A DNA stretch of 64,000 nt, from NCBI GenBank assembly GCA_965223335.1, contig OZ244991.1:1856001-1920000 (forward strand). Reading direction: 5' to 3'. This DNA is from Thermodesulfobacteriota bacterium. GTDB lineage: Bacteria > Desulfobacterota_D > UBA1144 > Nemesobacterales > UBA2774. A program made the position numbers and the translations under genes. This document shows positions 10,172 through 20,531 of this stretch, in pieces (the first letter of the stretch is position 1; the number at the start of each line of letters is the position of its first letter). The notes under the pieces are model-generated. The model saw only the letters and a program-made list of their open reading frames with translations. It made no database searches and was not told the origin of the DNA.

Positions 10172-11524
10172 TTGAGACAGGCAAGATTAAAATCAAAAAC
10201 TGTAAGAAATAGCTCCGATCAATTTACCTCGAGATCGAGAAAGCGCAGTAACGAGACTGAAAAGTCACAGGGCAAATTTAGGGAAACTGCACATCGCGCT
10301 TACGAAGATCAAGCAGACGGGGGATCCCCACGCAACGATTCATTTGACATCGAATCTGAAGGTAAGGCAATTGATCAACTTGGCAATGAAAAATTTGAGT
10401 ACCATAACGCAACCGACAACAAAAACGGTACGCAATCAAAGCAAGAAAAAAAGAAATGGAACCCCGACGAGGAGTTCAGACTACTGCAGGTTTATTTTAA
10501 AGAGATGGGTACTGAGCCACTTCTGACAGCCAAAGAAGAGATAGAGGTATCTGCAAAGATTAAGAGGTGTGAAGCAAAGGCTCGAGAGGTAAAAGAGCAG
10601 CTAGAGACTATATTTCAAAAGAGTCTTGGCAAGTGTTTGGAAGACACCATTGTGGAGCTTGAGGGGTTGTCGAGAAACCCTGTCACTCGCGCAGAAGTAC
10701 GCACTAAAAAAACCACTAGGTCTTCTAAATACAACGGCTCTGTCACTACACACAGCATTAAAAGGTCGAGTGTAGTTACCAAGGCTTATCTAAAGCGCGC
10801 AATGGGGTATAAAGAGCGGTTCATTAAAGCCAACCTTCGTTTGGTTGTGAGTATAGCCAAAAGGTATATGAGCCGCGGGCTCCCACTGCCCGACCTTATC
10901 CAGGAGGGCAATGTGGGTCTCATGAGGGCCGTTGAGAGGTTTGATCACACTAAGGGTTACAAATTCTCTACTTATGCATCGTGGTGGATACATCAGGCCA
11001 TCTCGCGCTCGCTGCTGGATCAGACACGCACGATCAGGGTGCCGGTCTATGTGCTTGAGCAAGCGAGCAAGGTGCACAGAGTAAGCTCTATGCTAAATAA
11101 AGAGATGGGCCGTAAACCCTCACCCGACGAGATCTCTGAGCAAACCGGTATCTCAATTGACGGTGTAAAGAGGGTCCTTGAGGCCACAAAAGAGGTTGTA
11201 CACCTGGACTCCCCGATCTTAGACGGCGAGAAGACCACACTACTGGATTTTATACCCGACGATCCTACCAATGAGCCCGACTCTGCAGTAGCAAGGGCCA
11301 CACTGGTAAATAAGATCAGGGACGCCCTAGCTACACTTACTCCCCGTGAGGAGCAGATATTGAAGATGAGGTTCGGGATCGGGTTTGAGACCACTTACAC
11401 GCTCGATGAGATTGGTAAGCATTTTAACCTTACCCGCGAGCGTATACGCCAGATTGAAAAGAGGGCCCTTGAGAAGTTAGAGGACTCCAATGTCGGGTGC
11501 ATTCTAAAGAGTTTTCTTGAGTAG
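10172..11524 (+). CDS. Sigma-70 factor, RpoD/RpoS-like (group 1/2) without a recognisable region 1.1
   Basis: Region 1.2 [14 protein letters not shown], region 2 [40 protein letters not shown], region 4 [16 protein letters not shown]. The strong SD GGAGGAGGGAG (10157-10167) favours in-frame TTG 10172 over 10151. Confidence 0.93.
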   Translation: MRQARLKSKTVRNSSDQFTSRSRKRSNETEKSQGKFRETAHRAYEDQADGGSPRNDSFDIESEGKAIDQLGNEKFEYHNATDNKNGTQSKQEKKKWNPDEEFRLLQVYFKEMGTEPLLTAKEEIEVSAKIKRCEAKAREVKEQLETIFQKSLGKCLEDTIVELEGLSRNPVTRAEVRTKKTTRSSKYNGSVTTHSIKRSSVVTKAYLKRAMGYKERFIKANLRLVVSIAKRYMSRGLPLPDLIQEGNVGLMRAVERFDHTKGYKFSTYASWWIHQAISRSLLDQTRTIRVPVYVLEQASKVHRVSSMLNKEMGRKPSPDEISEQTGISIDGVKRVLEATKEVVHLDSPILDGEKTTLLDFIPDDPTNEPDSAVARATLVNKIRDALATLTPREEQILKMRFGIGFETTYTLDEIGKHFNLTRERIRQIEKRALEKLEDSNVGCILKSFLE

Positions 11525-11529
11525 AGTTA

Positions 11530-13191
11530 ATGCTTGAGTGTCTTACCTTAAAAGATTTCGCAATTATTGACGACCTTTCTATAGATTTCGGTCCCGGGCT
11601 CAATATTATCACGGGTGAGACGGGTACCGGGAAATCAATTATTGTAGATGCTATTACCATCATTTTAGGTGGGAAAGTATCGGCGGATATAATCAGAAAG
11701 GATAGGGATCAGGCCACGGTGGAGGCACTGCTGGATCTGAGTGCTAACGATGGTTTGAAAGAGCTTCTGGGCGAACTGGGGTTTCCCACGGAAGGCGACG
11801 AGCTATTGCTAAAGCGTGTGGTGCCTAGAGTGGGCCGCGCAAAGCTGTTTGTAAACGGGAGTCATGCGACTCTAAATATGATAGACCGTATTGCAGAGTC
11901 CGCGGTTGACGTGTTCAGTCAACACGAGCACCAAACGCTCTACAAAGAGAGTATACAGCTAAGGCTACTGGACGGATTCGGGGGCCTCGACAAGGAAGTG
12001 GATCAATATAAAGAGCTATATAAAGAGTACTCGGATGTAAAAAGAGCGCTTTCGGACTTAAAAGATAACGAGACGAATGATATAAATAGAGAAGAGTTTC
12101 TCAGGTTTCAACTAAACGAGATCGAGTCCTGCAGTCTTAACCCCGGGGAAGATAAGGAGCTTGTGGCCGAAAGGAATATACTCCTTAATGCCGAGCGAAT
12201 TTTTTCTGTGACTGAAAGGGGTTATAACGAGATTTACGATAAAGACCAGTCCATTCTCGGCAATCTAAAGAACATTCACGATGAACTAAGGGATATATCT
12301 CACTTTGACCCCAGGCTAGATTTACTAGCCAAATCAGTTGAAAAAACCGTTATAGAACTTGAAGAGCTCTCGAGTTCCTTAAGGGAGTATACGGCTGATG
12401 TGAAAATCGACACCGTAAGGCTTGAAGAGGTCGAGGACCGTCTTGAGGTTATCAATAATCTAAAGAGAAAACATGGGGACACAATTGAAGAGATACTGCA
12501 AACCCACACCAGATTGTCCACTGAACTGGATAGTATTGCTAATTACGGGGAGCATATTGAAGAACTCGAAAACAAGTTGGGTGTACTGGAGAAAAAAGCC
12601 AACGACAAGGCTGCTTCAATATCACGCAAGCGGCGCGATGCCGGCAAAAAACTGTCAAAACGAATAGAAACCGAGCTTGGAAATGTAGGGATTAAACACG
12701 CGCAATTTCAAATAAATGTTAGTGATTGCGAGCTCTCAGCCACTGGAATCGACAGGGTCGAGTATCAGTTTTCAGCCAATCCCGATGAAAAGCCCCGCAA
12801 ATTGTCATCAATTGCATCGGGGGGTGAGCTGTCTAGGATAATGCTGGTGCTTAAACAGGCTTTAACAAAAACCCAGGGCGGCTCTGTTGTCATATTTGAC
12901 GAGGCCGACTCGGGCGTGGGTGGGGCTGTGGCCGAGGCTGTGGGTATTAAGATAAAAGAGCTGTCCAAACGTCACCAGGTGCTATGCATCACACACCTGC
13001 CTCAGGTTGCAAAGTTTGCAGATACACATTTGAGAGTATCTAAGAGCTTTGAGAAGCAGAGCACTAATGTGAGAGTGGACCGGTTGGACAACAACGACCG
13101 TGTGAGCGAATTGGCCAGGATGCTGGGCGGTATTAAGATCACGGATAAAACCGTAGAAGCTGCCCGCGAGCTAATAGCTGAGCAAAAATAA
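11530..13191 (+). CDS. recN: DNA repair protein RecN
   Basis: ITGETGTGKS Walker A, long coiled coil, IASGGELSRIML signature, IFDEADSGVGG, LCITHLPQVA. Confidence 0.97.
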   Translation: MLECLTLKDFAIIDDLSIDFGPGLNIITGETGTGKSIIVDAITIILGGKVSADIIRKDRDQATVEALLDLSANDGLKELLGELGFPTEGDELLLKRVVPRVGRAKLFVNGSHATLNMIDRIAESAVDVFSQHEHQTLYKESIQLRLLDGFGGLDKEVDQYKELYKEYSDVKRALSDLKDNETNDINREEFLRFQLNEIESCSLNPGEDKELVAERNILLNAERIFSVTERGYNEIYDKDQSILGNLKNIHDELRDISHFDPRLDLLAKSVEKTVIELEELSSSLREYTADVKIDTVRLEEVEDRLEVINNLKRKHGDTIEEILQTHTRLSTELDSIANYGEHIEELENKLGVLEKKANDKAASISRKRRDAGKKLSKRIETELGNVGIKHAQFQINVSDCELSATGIDRVEYQFSANPDEKPRKLSSIASGGELSRIMLVLKQALTKTQGGSVVIFDEADSGVGGAVAEAVGIKIKELSKRHQVLCITHLPQVAKFADTHLRVSKSFEKQSTNVRVDRLDNNDRVSELARMLGGIKITDKTVEAARELIAEQK

Positions 13192-13255
13192 ACAAACGGT
13201 CCGTAAGTATCAACGAACTAAATGAAAGATAACACTAGAGGGGTTACTAACTGAG

Positions 13256-14131
13256 ATGAAAGGAATTATTTTGGCCGGGGGTAAAGGTTCCAGGCTCCAT
13301 CCCATCACGTCTGTGATCTGTAAACAGCTACTGCCGATTTACGATAAGCCGCTTATATATTTCCCGCTTTCGGTGCTGATGCTCTCGGGCATAAAGGAGA
13401 TCCTGATTATATCCACACCTAAGGACCTACCCAGGTTTCGAGAGCTGTTTGGGGACGGCAGGGACTTGGGTATAAGTATTGAGTATGCCGAGCAAGAGAG
13501 CCCAAAGGGCATAGCGCATGCGTTTTTGTTGGGTGCTGATTTTATAGGCAAAGACAGCGTGTCATTGGTTCTTGGTGACAATATATTTTATGGGCACGGG
13601 TTAAGCGAGGTGCTAAAGCGATCGGCTGGGCTTGAAGACGGGGCGATTGTGTTTGGGTACTCTGTAAGAGACCCCGAGCGTTACGGTGTAATCGAGTTTG
13701 ATGGTGGGGGCAATGTGGTGGGTATTGAGGAAAAACCCGAAACACCTAAATCCCGTTATGCAGTTACGGGCCTATATTTCTACGACAATGAAGTGGTTGA
13801 GATTGCCAAGACCCTCAGACCATCTCCCAGGGGCGAGCTTGAAATCACAGATGTTAATAAAGAGTATCTGAGTAGGGGTAAGTTGAGGGTAGAGTTGTTG
13901 GGGCGGGGTTATTCGTGGCTAGACACGGGGACTTTCGAGTCGCTACAACAGGCCTCTAGCTATGTGCAGGCCGTGGAGGTACGTCAGGGCTTAAAAATTG
14001 CCTGCATAGAAGAGATTGCGTACCGTGAGGGGTTTATTCAGAGCTCCGAGCTTGCGGCTTTGACCGAGAAGATGTCGGCTAACGAATACACGGATTACCT
14101 GTTGGATATTTTAGAGACCGAGTGCGGATAA
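13256..14131 (+). CDS. rmlA: Glucose-1-phosphate thymidylyltransferase
   Basis: [51 protein letters not shown]. Confidence 0.97.
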   Translation: MKGIILAGGKGSRLHPITSVICKQLLPIYDKPLIYFPLSVLMLSGIKEILIISTPKDLPRFRELFGDGRDLGISIEYAEQESPKGIAHAFLLGADFIGKDSVSLVLGDNIFYGHGLSEVLKRSAGLEDGAIVFGYSVRDPERYGVIEFDGGGNVVGIEEKPETPKSRYAVTGLYFYDNEVVEIAKTLRPSPRGELEITDVNKEYLSRGKLRVELLGRGYSWLDTGTFESLQQASSYVQAVEVRQGLKIACIEEIAYREGFIQSSELAALTEKMSANEYTDYLLDILETECG

Positions 14132-14132
14132 T

Positions 14133-14699
14133 ATGGACTTTGAGCTGATACCCACTTCGTTGCCCGATGTTTTTACTGTTGAGTCCGAGGTGTTTAAAGA
14201 CGACCGCGGCTATTTTAAGGAAATATTCAGAGCCGATGAGCTTGTGGGTGTGAAAGATATAAAACCTTTTGTGCAGGACAACCTTTCCTATTCGCACCGC
14301 TCTGTGCTCCGCGGGCTCCATTACCAGCTTAAATACCCACAGGCCAAACTTGTTACCGCTCTTGCGGGCGAGATCTTTGATGTTGCCGTGGATTTAAGGT
14401 CCGGCTCGCCCGGTTTCGGTAAATGGGTAGGGTTAAAGCTCTCGGCTGCCGATAATCGTGCGCTTTACATACCTACGGGTTTTGCCCACGGTTTTTGTGT
14501 GCTAAGTGATTCTGCTACTGTATTCTATAAATGTAGCGGTTACTACAGACCCGAGGATGATTACGGTCTTAACTGGGCTGACGGTACAGTTGGTATAGAG
14601 TGGCCTATTGATGACCCGAAGCTCTCGGATAAGGATAAAAGCTTACCTATGTTGGGCGATATACAGACTGAGCTGCTCCCGGTATATGAACCAAAGTAG
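14133..14699 (+). CDS. rmlC: dTDP-4-dehydrorhamnose 3,5-epimerase
   Basis: DDRGYF, FVQDNLS, LRGLHYQ, DVAVDLR, GFAHGF. Confidence 0.97.
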   Translation: MDFELIPTSLPDVFTVESEVFKDDRGYFKEIFRADELVGVKDIKPFVQDNLSYSHRSVLRGLHYQLKYPQAKLVTALAGEIFDVAVDLRSGSPGFGKWVGLKLSAADNRALYIPTGFAHGFCVLSDSATVFYKCSGYYRPEDDYGLNWADGTVGIEWPIDDPKLSDKDKSLPMLGDIQTELLPVYEPK

Positions 14700-14729
14700 G
14701 TAAGCCTTATAATATGTATGAGATAGATT

Positions 14730-15794
14730 ATGGGTGAGATAAAAAACTTGCTGGTTACCGGGGGGCTCGGGTTCATCGGCTCCAATTATATCAGGTATCT
14801 GTTGGGTGATGCCGGGTATAGAGGACGGGTGGTAAATATCGATAAACTCACATATGCCGGCAACCCTGAGAACCTGGCAGATATAGAGAAAACACACGAT
14901 GATCGTTATAAGTTTATTCGAGCCGACATTGGCGATTACGACGCTATGGTTAGGGTGTTCGACGACCACGCTATTGATGCTGTGTGTAATTTTGCAGCTG
15001 AATCACATGTGGATCGATCTATCGTTGGACCGAATGAATTTATACTGACCAACATACTTGGCACCTATAATTTGCTCGAAATCGCTCGAGAGAGGGCCCC
15101 ACGCATACAATTGTTTCATCATATAAGCACAGACGAGGTCTATGGCTCTGTGGATGATTCAGGCAAGTTCAGTGAGGATTCCCCTTACAGGCCTAATAGC
15201 CCCTATTCGGCATCCAAGGCGTCATCTGACCACTTAGCTAGGGCCTATAACAGAACATATGAGCTACCGGTAATTGTGTCAAACAGCTCCAACAACTACG
15301 GCCCCTACCAGTTCCCCGAAAAATTGATCCCTCTCATGATACTAAACGCCAGGGACGGCAAACCGCTGCCCGTTTACGGGGACGGCCAGAACATAAGGGA
15401 TTGGATCTATGTGGAGGATCACTGCCGAGCATTATGGGCTATTTTGCAAAACGGCAAGAGCGGCGAGACCTATAACATAGGTGGGGGCAACGAGATCGAG
15501 AATATCAAGGTAGTCGAGATGATATGCAAGATACTCGACGATGAGCTTGGGGAACTGCCTGTGGTGGGGTCCCGTAGAGAGCTTGTTACATATGTTCGGG
15601 ACCGCCGCGGCCATGACCGACGCTACGCGATTGATTCGAGCAAGATCACCCAGGAGCTAGGGTGGGTCCCTAAAGAAACATTTGAGACCGGTCTATTAAA
15701 GACCGTGGATTGGTATCTGAGCAATCCCGAGTGGACCGAACATATCCAAAGCGGTGAATACAAGGCTTGGATCGAGTCCCACTATGGACAGTAA
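14730..15794 (+). CDS. rmlB: dTDP-glucose 4,6-dehydratase
   Basis: [61 protein letters not shown]. Confidence 0.97.
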   Translation: MGEIKNLLVTGGLGFIGSNYIRYLLGDAGYRGRVVNIDKLTYAGNPENLADIEKTHDDRYKFIRADIGDYDAMVRVFDDHAIDAVCNFAAESHVDRSIVGPNEFILTNILGTYNLLEIARERAPRIQLFHHISTDEVYGSVDDSGKFSEDSPYRPNSPYSASKASSDHLARAYNRTYELPVIVSNSSNNYGPYQFPEKLIPLMILNARDGKPLPVYGDGQNIRDWIYVEDHCRALWAILQNGKSGETYNIGGGNEIENIKVVEMICKILDDELGELPVVGSRRELVTYVRDRRGHDRRYAIDSSKITQELGWVPKETFETGLLKTVDWYLSNPEWTEHIQSGEYKAWIESHYGQ

Positions 15795-15825
15795 CATATG
15801 TGAGATTTAGTACCGGTAAGAGGTA

Positions 15826-16374
15826 TTAGAAGGACGAGAACACCACAGCTGCAACTACTGTGGTCCATAATCTGTTTTTATCTCCCACCGCGCTCTGAGT
15901 AATATTCCTTGTTTTCACTATATGACCGCTAATCTCCCATATATCCTTCTGTTCGTCATAACTCCTGTCCGGATCAAATGGAGCCCCTAGAGTGGTGGCC
16001 AACATATAGGCTGCCAGGTCCTCGGCATACTCCCCTGCAACAGTATCGTTTTGTCCGAAGCTATGATGCTCCGAAATGTATCCGTACCGGCTATGATCCT
16101 TGGGTATGGCGATCCCTGCCGAGGCGGCGACCAAACGGTTGGGTTCGTTCGTTGCGTTTTCACTCATCACCAAATACACGATCTGGCCCGCTTCCATTTT
16201 CTTTAGGCCCTGAGAGCGTTGTATAAGCTTACAATTTGCGGGAAAAATACTCGATACCTTGACCAAGTTGAACTCAGCTATCTTGGCGTTTCTAAGAGCC
16301 ATCTCAAAGCTGGTGAGTTTTTCTTTGTGTTTTCCAACCCCTTTCGTAACGAATGCGCTTTTAGGTACCAGCAA
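15826..16374 (-). CDS. pdaD: Pyruvoyl-dependent arginine decarboxylase (PdaD/AaxB type)
   Basis: SFEMALRNAKI..FNLVKVSSIFP (Ser-Ser self-cleavage site), GYISEHH, YAEDLAAYML; GGAGG RBS. Confidence 0.9.
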   Translation of the reverse strand: MLVPKSAFVTKGVGKHKEKLTSFEMALRNAKIAEFNLVKVSSIFPANCKLIQRSQGLKKMEAGQIVYLVMSENATNEPNRLVAASAGIAIPKDHSRYGYISEHHSFGQNDTVAGEYAEDLAAYMLATTLGAPFDPDRSYDEQKDIWEISGHIVKTRNITQSAVGDKNRLWTTVVAAVVFSSF

Positions 16375-16610
16375 GTTCTACCTCCGTTAGTTCATAAGAA
16401 TGTATGATTTAATATACGATCTTGATCCCTATGTCAATGCTAATTTTAAAGTAGTTTCAGTGGGTAATGCACAAGTCTTTAAGCTCAGGCTTAATAGTAT
16501 TTAGAGCTCTGGAATCCTACAGTTGTCTAGATACATCTAAATATTACAAGATTTTAGAATATAGATACAAATTTACTTGAAAATCTAACGGTGATGCTTA
16601 ACTTATGATT

Positions 16611-16626
16611 TGGCACGCATATTGCA
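16611..16626 (+). promoter_or_regulatory. Sigma54 (-24/-12) promoter
   Basis: TGGCAC-GCATA-TTGCA is an exact match to TGGCAC-N5-TTGCW, 66 nt upstream of the 63-aa ORF. Confidence 0.8.
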
Positions 16627-16692
16627 TAATAAACACACTATATGTATTAGCAGTTAGTTGAACGGCAAAAAACATAACGGAGGCAAAGTTAG

Positions 16693-16884
16693 ATGACATT
16701 ATCAATAGCACTAAACACGATAGACACAAATAGTAATTTTGGCATCGAACAGGTTAATGTACCAGGCTCCCATCTCACATACTGGGCAGTTTATATGGAC
16801 GACACTCAGATCTCTACCACATCGACCAGGGAAAAGGCAGAGCAGACAATAGAGTGGATGGAAAACTGGTTAAGCAATAACTAG
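16693..16884 (+). CDS. Small hypothetical protein (63 aa)
   Basis: GGAGG RBS at good spacing, upstream sigma54 promoter, and it occupies an otherwise empty intergenic region. Confidence 0.75.
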   Translation: MTLSIALNTIDTNSNFGIEQVNVPGSHLTYWAVYMDDTQISTTSTREKAEQTIEWMENWLSNN

Positions 16885-16940
16885 GATTATATAGTTGAGA
16901 TCTATGAAAACAGTAAGCATTACAAGAGATAATCATTACC

Positions 16941-17022
16941 ATGTAGTGGCACTGCCTACATCGGCGGAGCTCCGCCTGCATCCGACTTGCCACCGCGCTC
17001 TCGCTTAGTGCGTGCGCACCAC
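16941..17022. repeat. GC-rich palindromic element (REP-like or structured RNA)
   Basis: Perfect 14-bp palindrome GGCGGAGCTCCGCC (16963-16976) flanked by GTGGCA..TGCCAC and ATGTAG..CTACAT arms, set in AT-rich intergenic DNA. Confidence 0.35.
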
Positions 17023-17069
17023 TCTATTAATTCGTACCCTTTCCTTATTCATCAGATACACATTATGCT

Positions 17070-17099
17070 TTGACAACATCGAGTTGTTATAAGTATCAT
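17070..17099 (+). promoter_or_regulatory. Probable sigma70 promoter for the SDR/ccm gene run
   Basis: TTGACA (17070-17075), 18 nt, TATCAT (17094-17099). An ACAAC-N5-GTTGT dyad overlaps the -35 and spacer. Confidence 0.45.
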
Positions 17100-17139
17100 T
17101 CAGTCTTTGTAACATATTGGTAACAAAGAGGATCCATAC

Positions 17140-18174
17140 ATGAAGGCTGTTGTCACAGGGGGCACGGGTTTTATCGGAGGCAAGCTTGTCGAGGCGCTCG
17201 TAGGCACTGGTGTTGACGTAAATTGTTTGGTACGAGAGACCAGTGATAAATCACAACTCGAGAAACTGGGCGTCGATTTAACCTACGGCGACTTGGGCGA
17301 CTCAGATTCTCTAAGGCGATTACCGGCCGGGAGCGACGTAGTGTTCCATTTAGCGGCACTCGTGTCCGACTGGGGCAAAAGAGAAGATTTTATTAGGTAC
17401 AACATCGATTCCACGAGGGAATTGCTCGGGGCCTCAATAGAATCAGGGGTTAACAAGTTCGTGTACCTTAGTTCCTCTACGGTGGTATGGCAGTCGGATT
17501 TTTGGAACATCCATGACCTCGATAATATCGATGAAACCTATCCTTATAGAAAGCACTATAACGATTCCTACAACTATTCTAAGGCCGAGGCCGAAAAACT
17601 CGTTGTTAAAGCCGCCAATAATTCCCCCATGGACACAGTTGTGCTAAGACCATCCAATGTCTGGGGTGCAGGTGACACTGTTATACTACCCAGGATAGTG
17701 TTCGCGGCAAAAAAGGGGATTCTATACCCCATGGGCTCGGGGGACAGGTGGGTTAGCCCCTGCCATATAACCAATCTCGTAAGTGCTCTTACGCTTGCTA
17801 TGAGCAATGCACCCGCGGGTGGAAATATATATTTTATAAACGATAACAATAAGATTCACCACCTGGAATTCCTATCTAGACTACTCGAATCAGCGGGTAT
17901 CGAGTGGGAGCCCAAGATCTCAATCCCCTATAAAGTCGCATATGCCGTTGCATCTCTCCTGGAACTGCTCGGGCGTGTACGGGGTTCAAAAACACCCCCT
18001 GTTTTAACCAGGTTTGCTGTGGCTGCGCTTGCAGGTAGCCGCAGCTATAGCGTGGAGAAGGCTAAAAACGAGTTGGGCTATAAACCGGTTGTCACATTGG
18101 ATCAGGGGATGGACGAGCTTGGACAGTGGGTAGCGGATATTGGGGGTGTGGACGCATTATTGTCAAAAATCTAA
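17140..18174 (+). CDS. Extended SDR, NAD-dependent epimerase/3-beta-hydroxysteroid dehydrogenase-like
   Basis: TGGTGFIG, FHLAA, YLSS, YNYSK (YxxxK), LRPSNVWGAGD. Confidence 0.88.
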   Translation: MKAVVTGGTGFIGGKLVEALVGTGVDVNCLVRETSDKSQLEKLGVDLTYGDLGDSDSLRRLPAGSDVVFHLAALVSDWGKREDFIRYNIDSTRELLGASIESGVNKFVYLSSSTVVWQSDFWNIHDLDNIDETYPYRKHYNDSYNYSKAEAEKLVVKAANNSPMDTVVLRPSNVWGAGDTVILPRIVFAAKKGILYPMGSGDRWVSPCHITNLVSALTLAMSNAPAGGNIYFINDNNKIHHLEFLSRLLESAGIEWEPKISIPYKVAYAVASLLELLGRVRGSKTPPVLTRFAVAALAGSRSYSVEKAKNELGYKPVVTLDQGMDELGQWVADIGGVDALLSKI

Positions 18175-18247
18175 TAGCTTAGATAATCGATATTCCAGCT
18201 GACTTATAGCTAGCCGGGATGGATGCATTTATCAATACGGTAGCGAC

Positions 18248-18979
18248 ATGAATAACACTGATTATGAACTGGTAGTTAAGGATGTCTCTAAATCGTTTGG
18301 TACTAACCACGCACTCAGAAAGATCAACCTTTCCGTGCAAAAGGGCGAGTTTGTATCTATCTTCGGCCCTAACGGGGCCGGCAAGACAACACTCATAAAA
18401 ATCTTGTCGACTTTGCTTAGTCCAACAGATGGAGAATTGCACGTTGGGGGAAAGGATATTAAACAAGATGTCGAGTCCATAAGATCCATGGTGGGCTTAA
18501 TATCGCATGACCCCTATATATATGAGAACCTGTCGGCGTTTGAGAACATCACATTTTTTGCAACCCTCTACGGACTCAGCGATCCCGGTGAGAGGGCAAA
18601 AGAGGTAATACGGGAGATAGGCTTGGAGGCCAGGATGCACGAGTTGGTAAGGAATTTTTCTAGGGGCATGAAGCAGCGCCTTGCGGTTGCGAGAGCAATC
18701 GTACACAAGCCAAACATATTACTACTGGATGAGCCCTATGCGGGATTGGACCGACACGGCTCAGCCATATTCACAGATATGCTCTCCAGGTTTAAGAACG
18801 AGCGTAAGACAATCGTGATGACGACCCACAATGTCAATGACGGCTTGGAATTAAGCGACCGAGTGCTCATAATCTCGGCAGGCAGTGTCGTTTTTGAAAG
18901 CACAGTAGACGGTGAATTGGCAAGAGATTTCAACGAAATCTATAATCAAAAAACCAATAGCTCATCTATAATGCTGTGA
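18248..18979 (+). CDS. ccmA: Heme exporter ABC ATPase CcmA
   Basis: GPNGAGKTT, FSRGMKQRL signature, LLLDEPYAGLD; precedes ccmB. Confidence 0.9.
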   Translation: MNNTDYELVVKDVSKSFGTNHALRKINLSVQKGEFVSIFGPNGAGKTTLIKILSTLLSPTDGELHVGGKDIKQDVESIRSMVGLISHDPYIYENLSAFENITFFATLYGLSDPGERAKEVIREIGLEARMHELVRNFSRGMKQRLAVARAIVHKPNILLLDEPYAGLDRHGSAIFTDMLSRFKNERKTIVMTTHNVNDGLELSDRVLIISAGSVVFESTVDGELARDFNEIYNQKTNSSSIML

Positions 18980-19111
18980 GTGTTCCTAAGCACTCGCCAC
19001 AGCAACCACTGATATAAACCACCTGCCCAGTACTCGAATATTTGAACCGAACAGATATAATTTGTGTTCGCATTAATGGTACATTACGGTTTTACGACCT
19101 CGGTGCTCGGA

Positions 19112-19783
19112 ATGAAGAAGTTATTGATAATAGTGTGGAAGGATATAGTGACGGAGCTTAGGACTAAGGAACTTTTGTCCTCAATGTTCATGCTGGCACT
19201 ATTGATACTGGTGATTTTTAATTTTGCCTTGGGTTACTCGCCTGTGCTTGTGGGCGAGGCTGCACCCGCAATATTGTGGATCTCTTTTATATTCGCCGGG
19301 GTGTTGGGTCTCACACGCACTTTCGCAATTGAAAAAGAGGGTAACGCCATGGTGGGCATGCTGCTTACTCCTACCGATAGGACCGTTATTTACCTGGCCA
19401 AGTTACTAAGCAGCTCCATTTTTGTGTTTATTGTGGGTTTATTTACACTACCGTTATTCGCACTGTTTTTTAACTTCTCCTTACTGAGTGTCATTCCCCA
19501 ATTAATTTTGATAATATTCCTTGGGACTATCGGGTTTGTGTCTGTGGGCACGCTGTTTTCGGCTATGGTAATAAACACGAGGCTTAGAGAGATACTGCTT
19601 CCCATAGTGATCTTTCCCATTATTATCCCCGTGGTCGTGAGTGCAGTGAAACTGAGTGCAGCGGTTATAAGCGGAAACGGTCTTAACTCAGAGGCCTTTT
19701 CTTTGAAACTGCTTTTGGCCTTCGATATAATCTTCCTGGCCGCATCGGCTGTAGTATTTGAGTATGTGATTGACGAGTCTTAA
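19112..19783 (+). CDS. ccmB: Heme exporter membrane protein CcmB
   Basis: WKDIVTELRTKE, AILWI, RTFAIEKEG, REILLPIVIFPIIIPVV. ATG 19112 preferred over GTG 19064. Confidence 0.93.
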   Translation: MKKLLIIVWKDIVTELRTKELLSSMFMLALLILVIFNFALGYSPVLVGEAAPAILWISFIFAGVLGLTRTFAIEKEGNAMVGMLLTPTDRTVIYLAKLLSSSIFVFIVGLFTLPLFALFFNFSLLSVIPQLILIIFLGTIGFVSVGTLFSAMVINTRLREILLPIVIFPIIIPVVVSAVKLSAAVISGNGLNSEAFSLKLLLAFDIIFLAASAVVFEYVIDES

Positions 19784-19797
19784 AAGAGCGCTATAAA

Positions 19798-20451
19798 ATG
19801 AACAAAATCTTGTTTGCACTCACTACGGTTAGTATGGCAGCGTCTTTGTACGCCGCCTTCTATTACGCGCCCACAGAACCGATCATGGGTCATATACAGA
19901 GAATATTCTATATCCATATGGGTACGGTCTGGGCCGCGACGATTGCGTTTTTTATAGTATTTATAGCTAGCATCGGGTACCTATGGAAGGGCTCTAGAAG
20001 GCTCGATATACTCGCTTACTGCTCGGCTGAGCTGGGAGTTGTGTTCCTAACACTCACCATAGTTACGGGCAGCATATGGGCAAAACCGATATGGGGTACA
20101 TGGTGGACATGGGACCCCCAGCTTACCACAACATTCATACTATGGATAATGTACATCGTCTATCTGCTGATCAGGTCCTCTGCAGGTAACGACACCAGGA
20201 GGGCCAAGTACGCAGCGGTCTTCGGGATAATAGCGTTTCTCGACCTGCCGCTGGTCTACCTGTCGGCAAGGGTCATGAGGGGTATATCCCCAGTGGTATT
20301 CGGTCCGGGGGGCGGGGGTATAGAGCCCGCGATGATGGTTGCACTGCTTATTAACCTTTTGGCATTTACATTGCTCTTTGTACTGCTACTTCGCATACGA
20401 ACAAAGATCGAGAGTATGAACGACCGGCTATCGGAGCTGCAAAGCACTTAG
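19798..20451 (+). CDS. ccmC: Heme exporter/chaperone loader CcmC
   Basis: RIFYIH and the WWD domain TGSIWAKPIWGTWWTWDPQLT. Confidence 0.95.
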   Translation: MNKILFALTTVSMAASLYAAFYYAPTEPIMGHIQRIFYIHMGTVWAATIAFFIVFIASIGYLWKGSRRLDILAYCSAELGVVFLTLTIVTGSIWAKPIWGTWWTWDPQLTTTFILWIMYIVYLLIRSSAGNDTRRAKYAAVFGIIAFLDLPLVYLSARVMRGISPVVFGPGGGGIEPAMMVALLINLLAFTLLFVLLLRIRTKIESMNDRLSELQST

Positions 20452-20531
20452 GACATAGAGAGGAAATCGCTATCAAGACTAATACACTTTGGCGCGCTCA
20501 TAATTTCAGTGTTTTTTGTACGGCACTCGTA

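Noticed and set aside
19047..19070. CGAAC..GTTCG dyad between ccmA and ccmB as a LexA box
   Set aside because: The spacer is 13 nt rather than 4. It may be a small hairpin but is unsupported as an SOS box.
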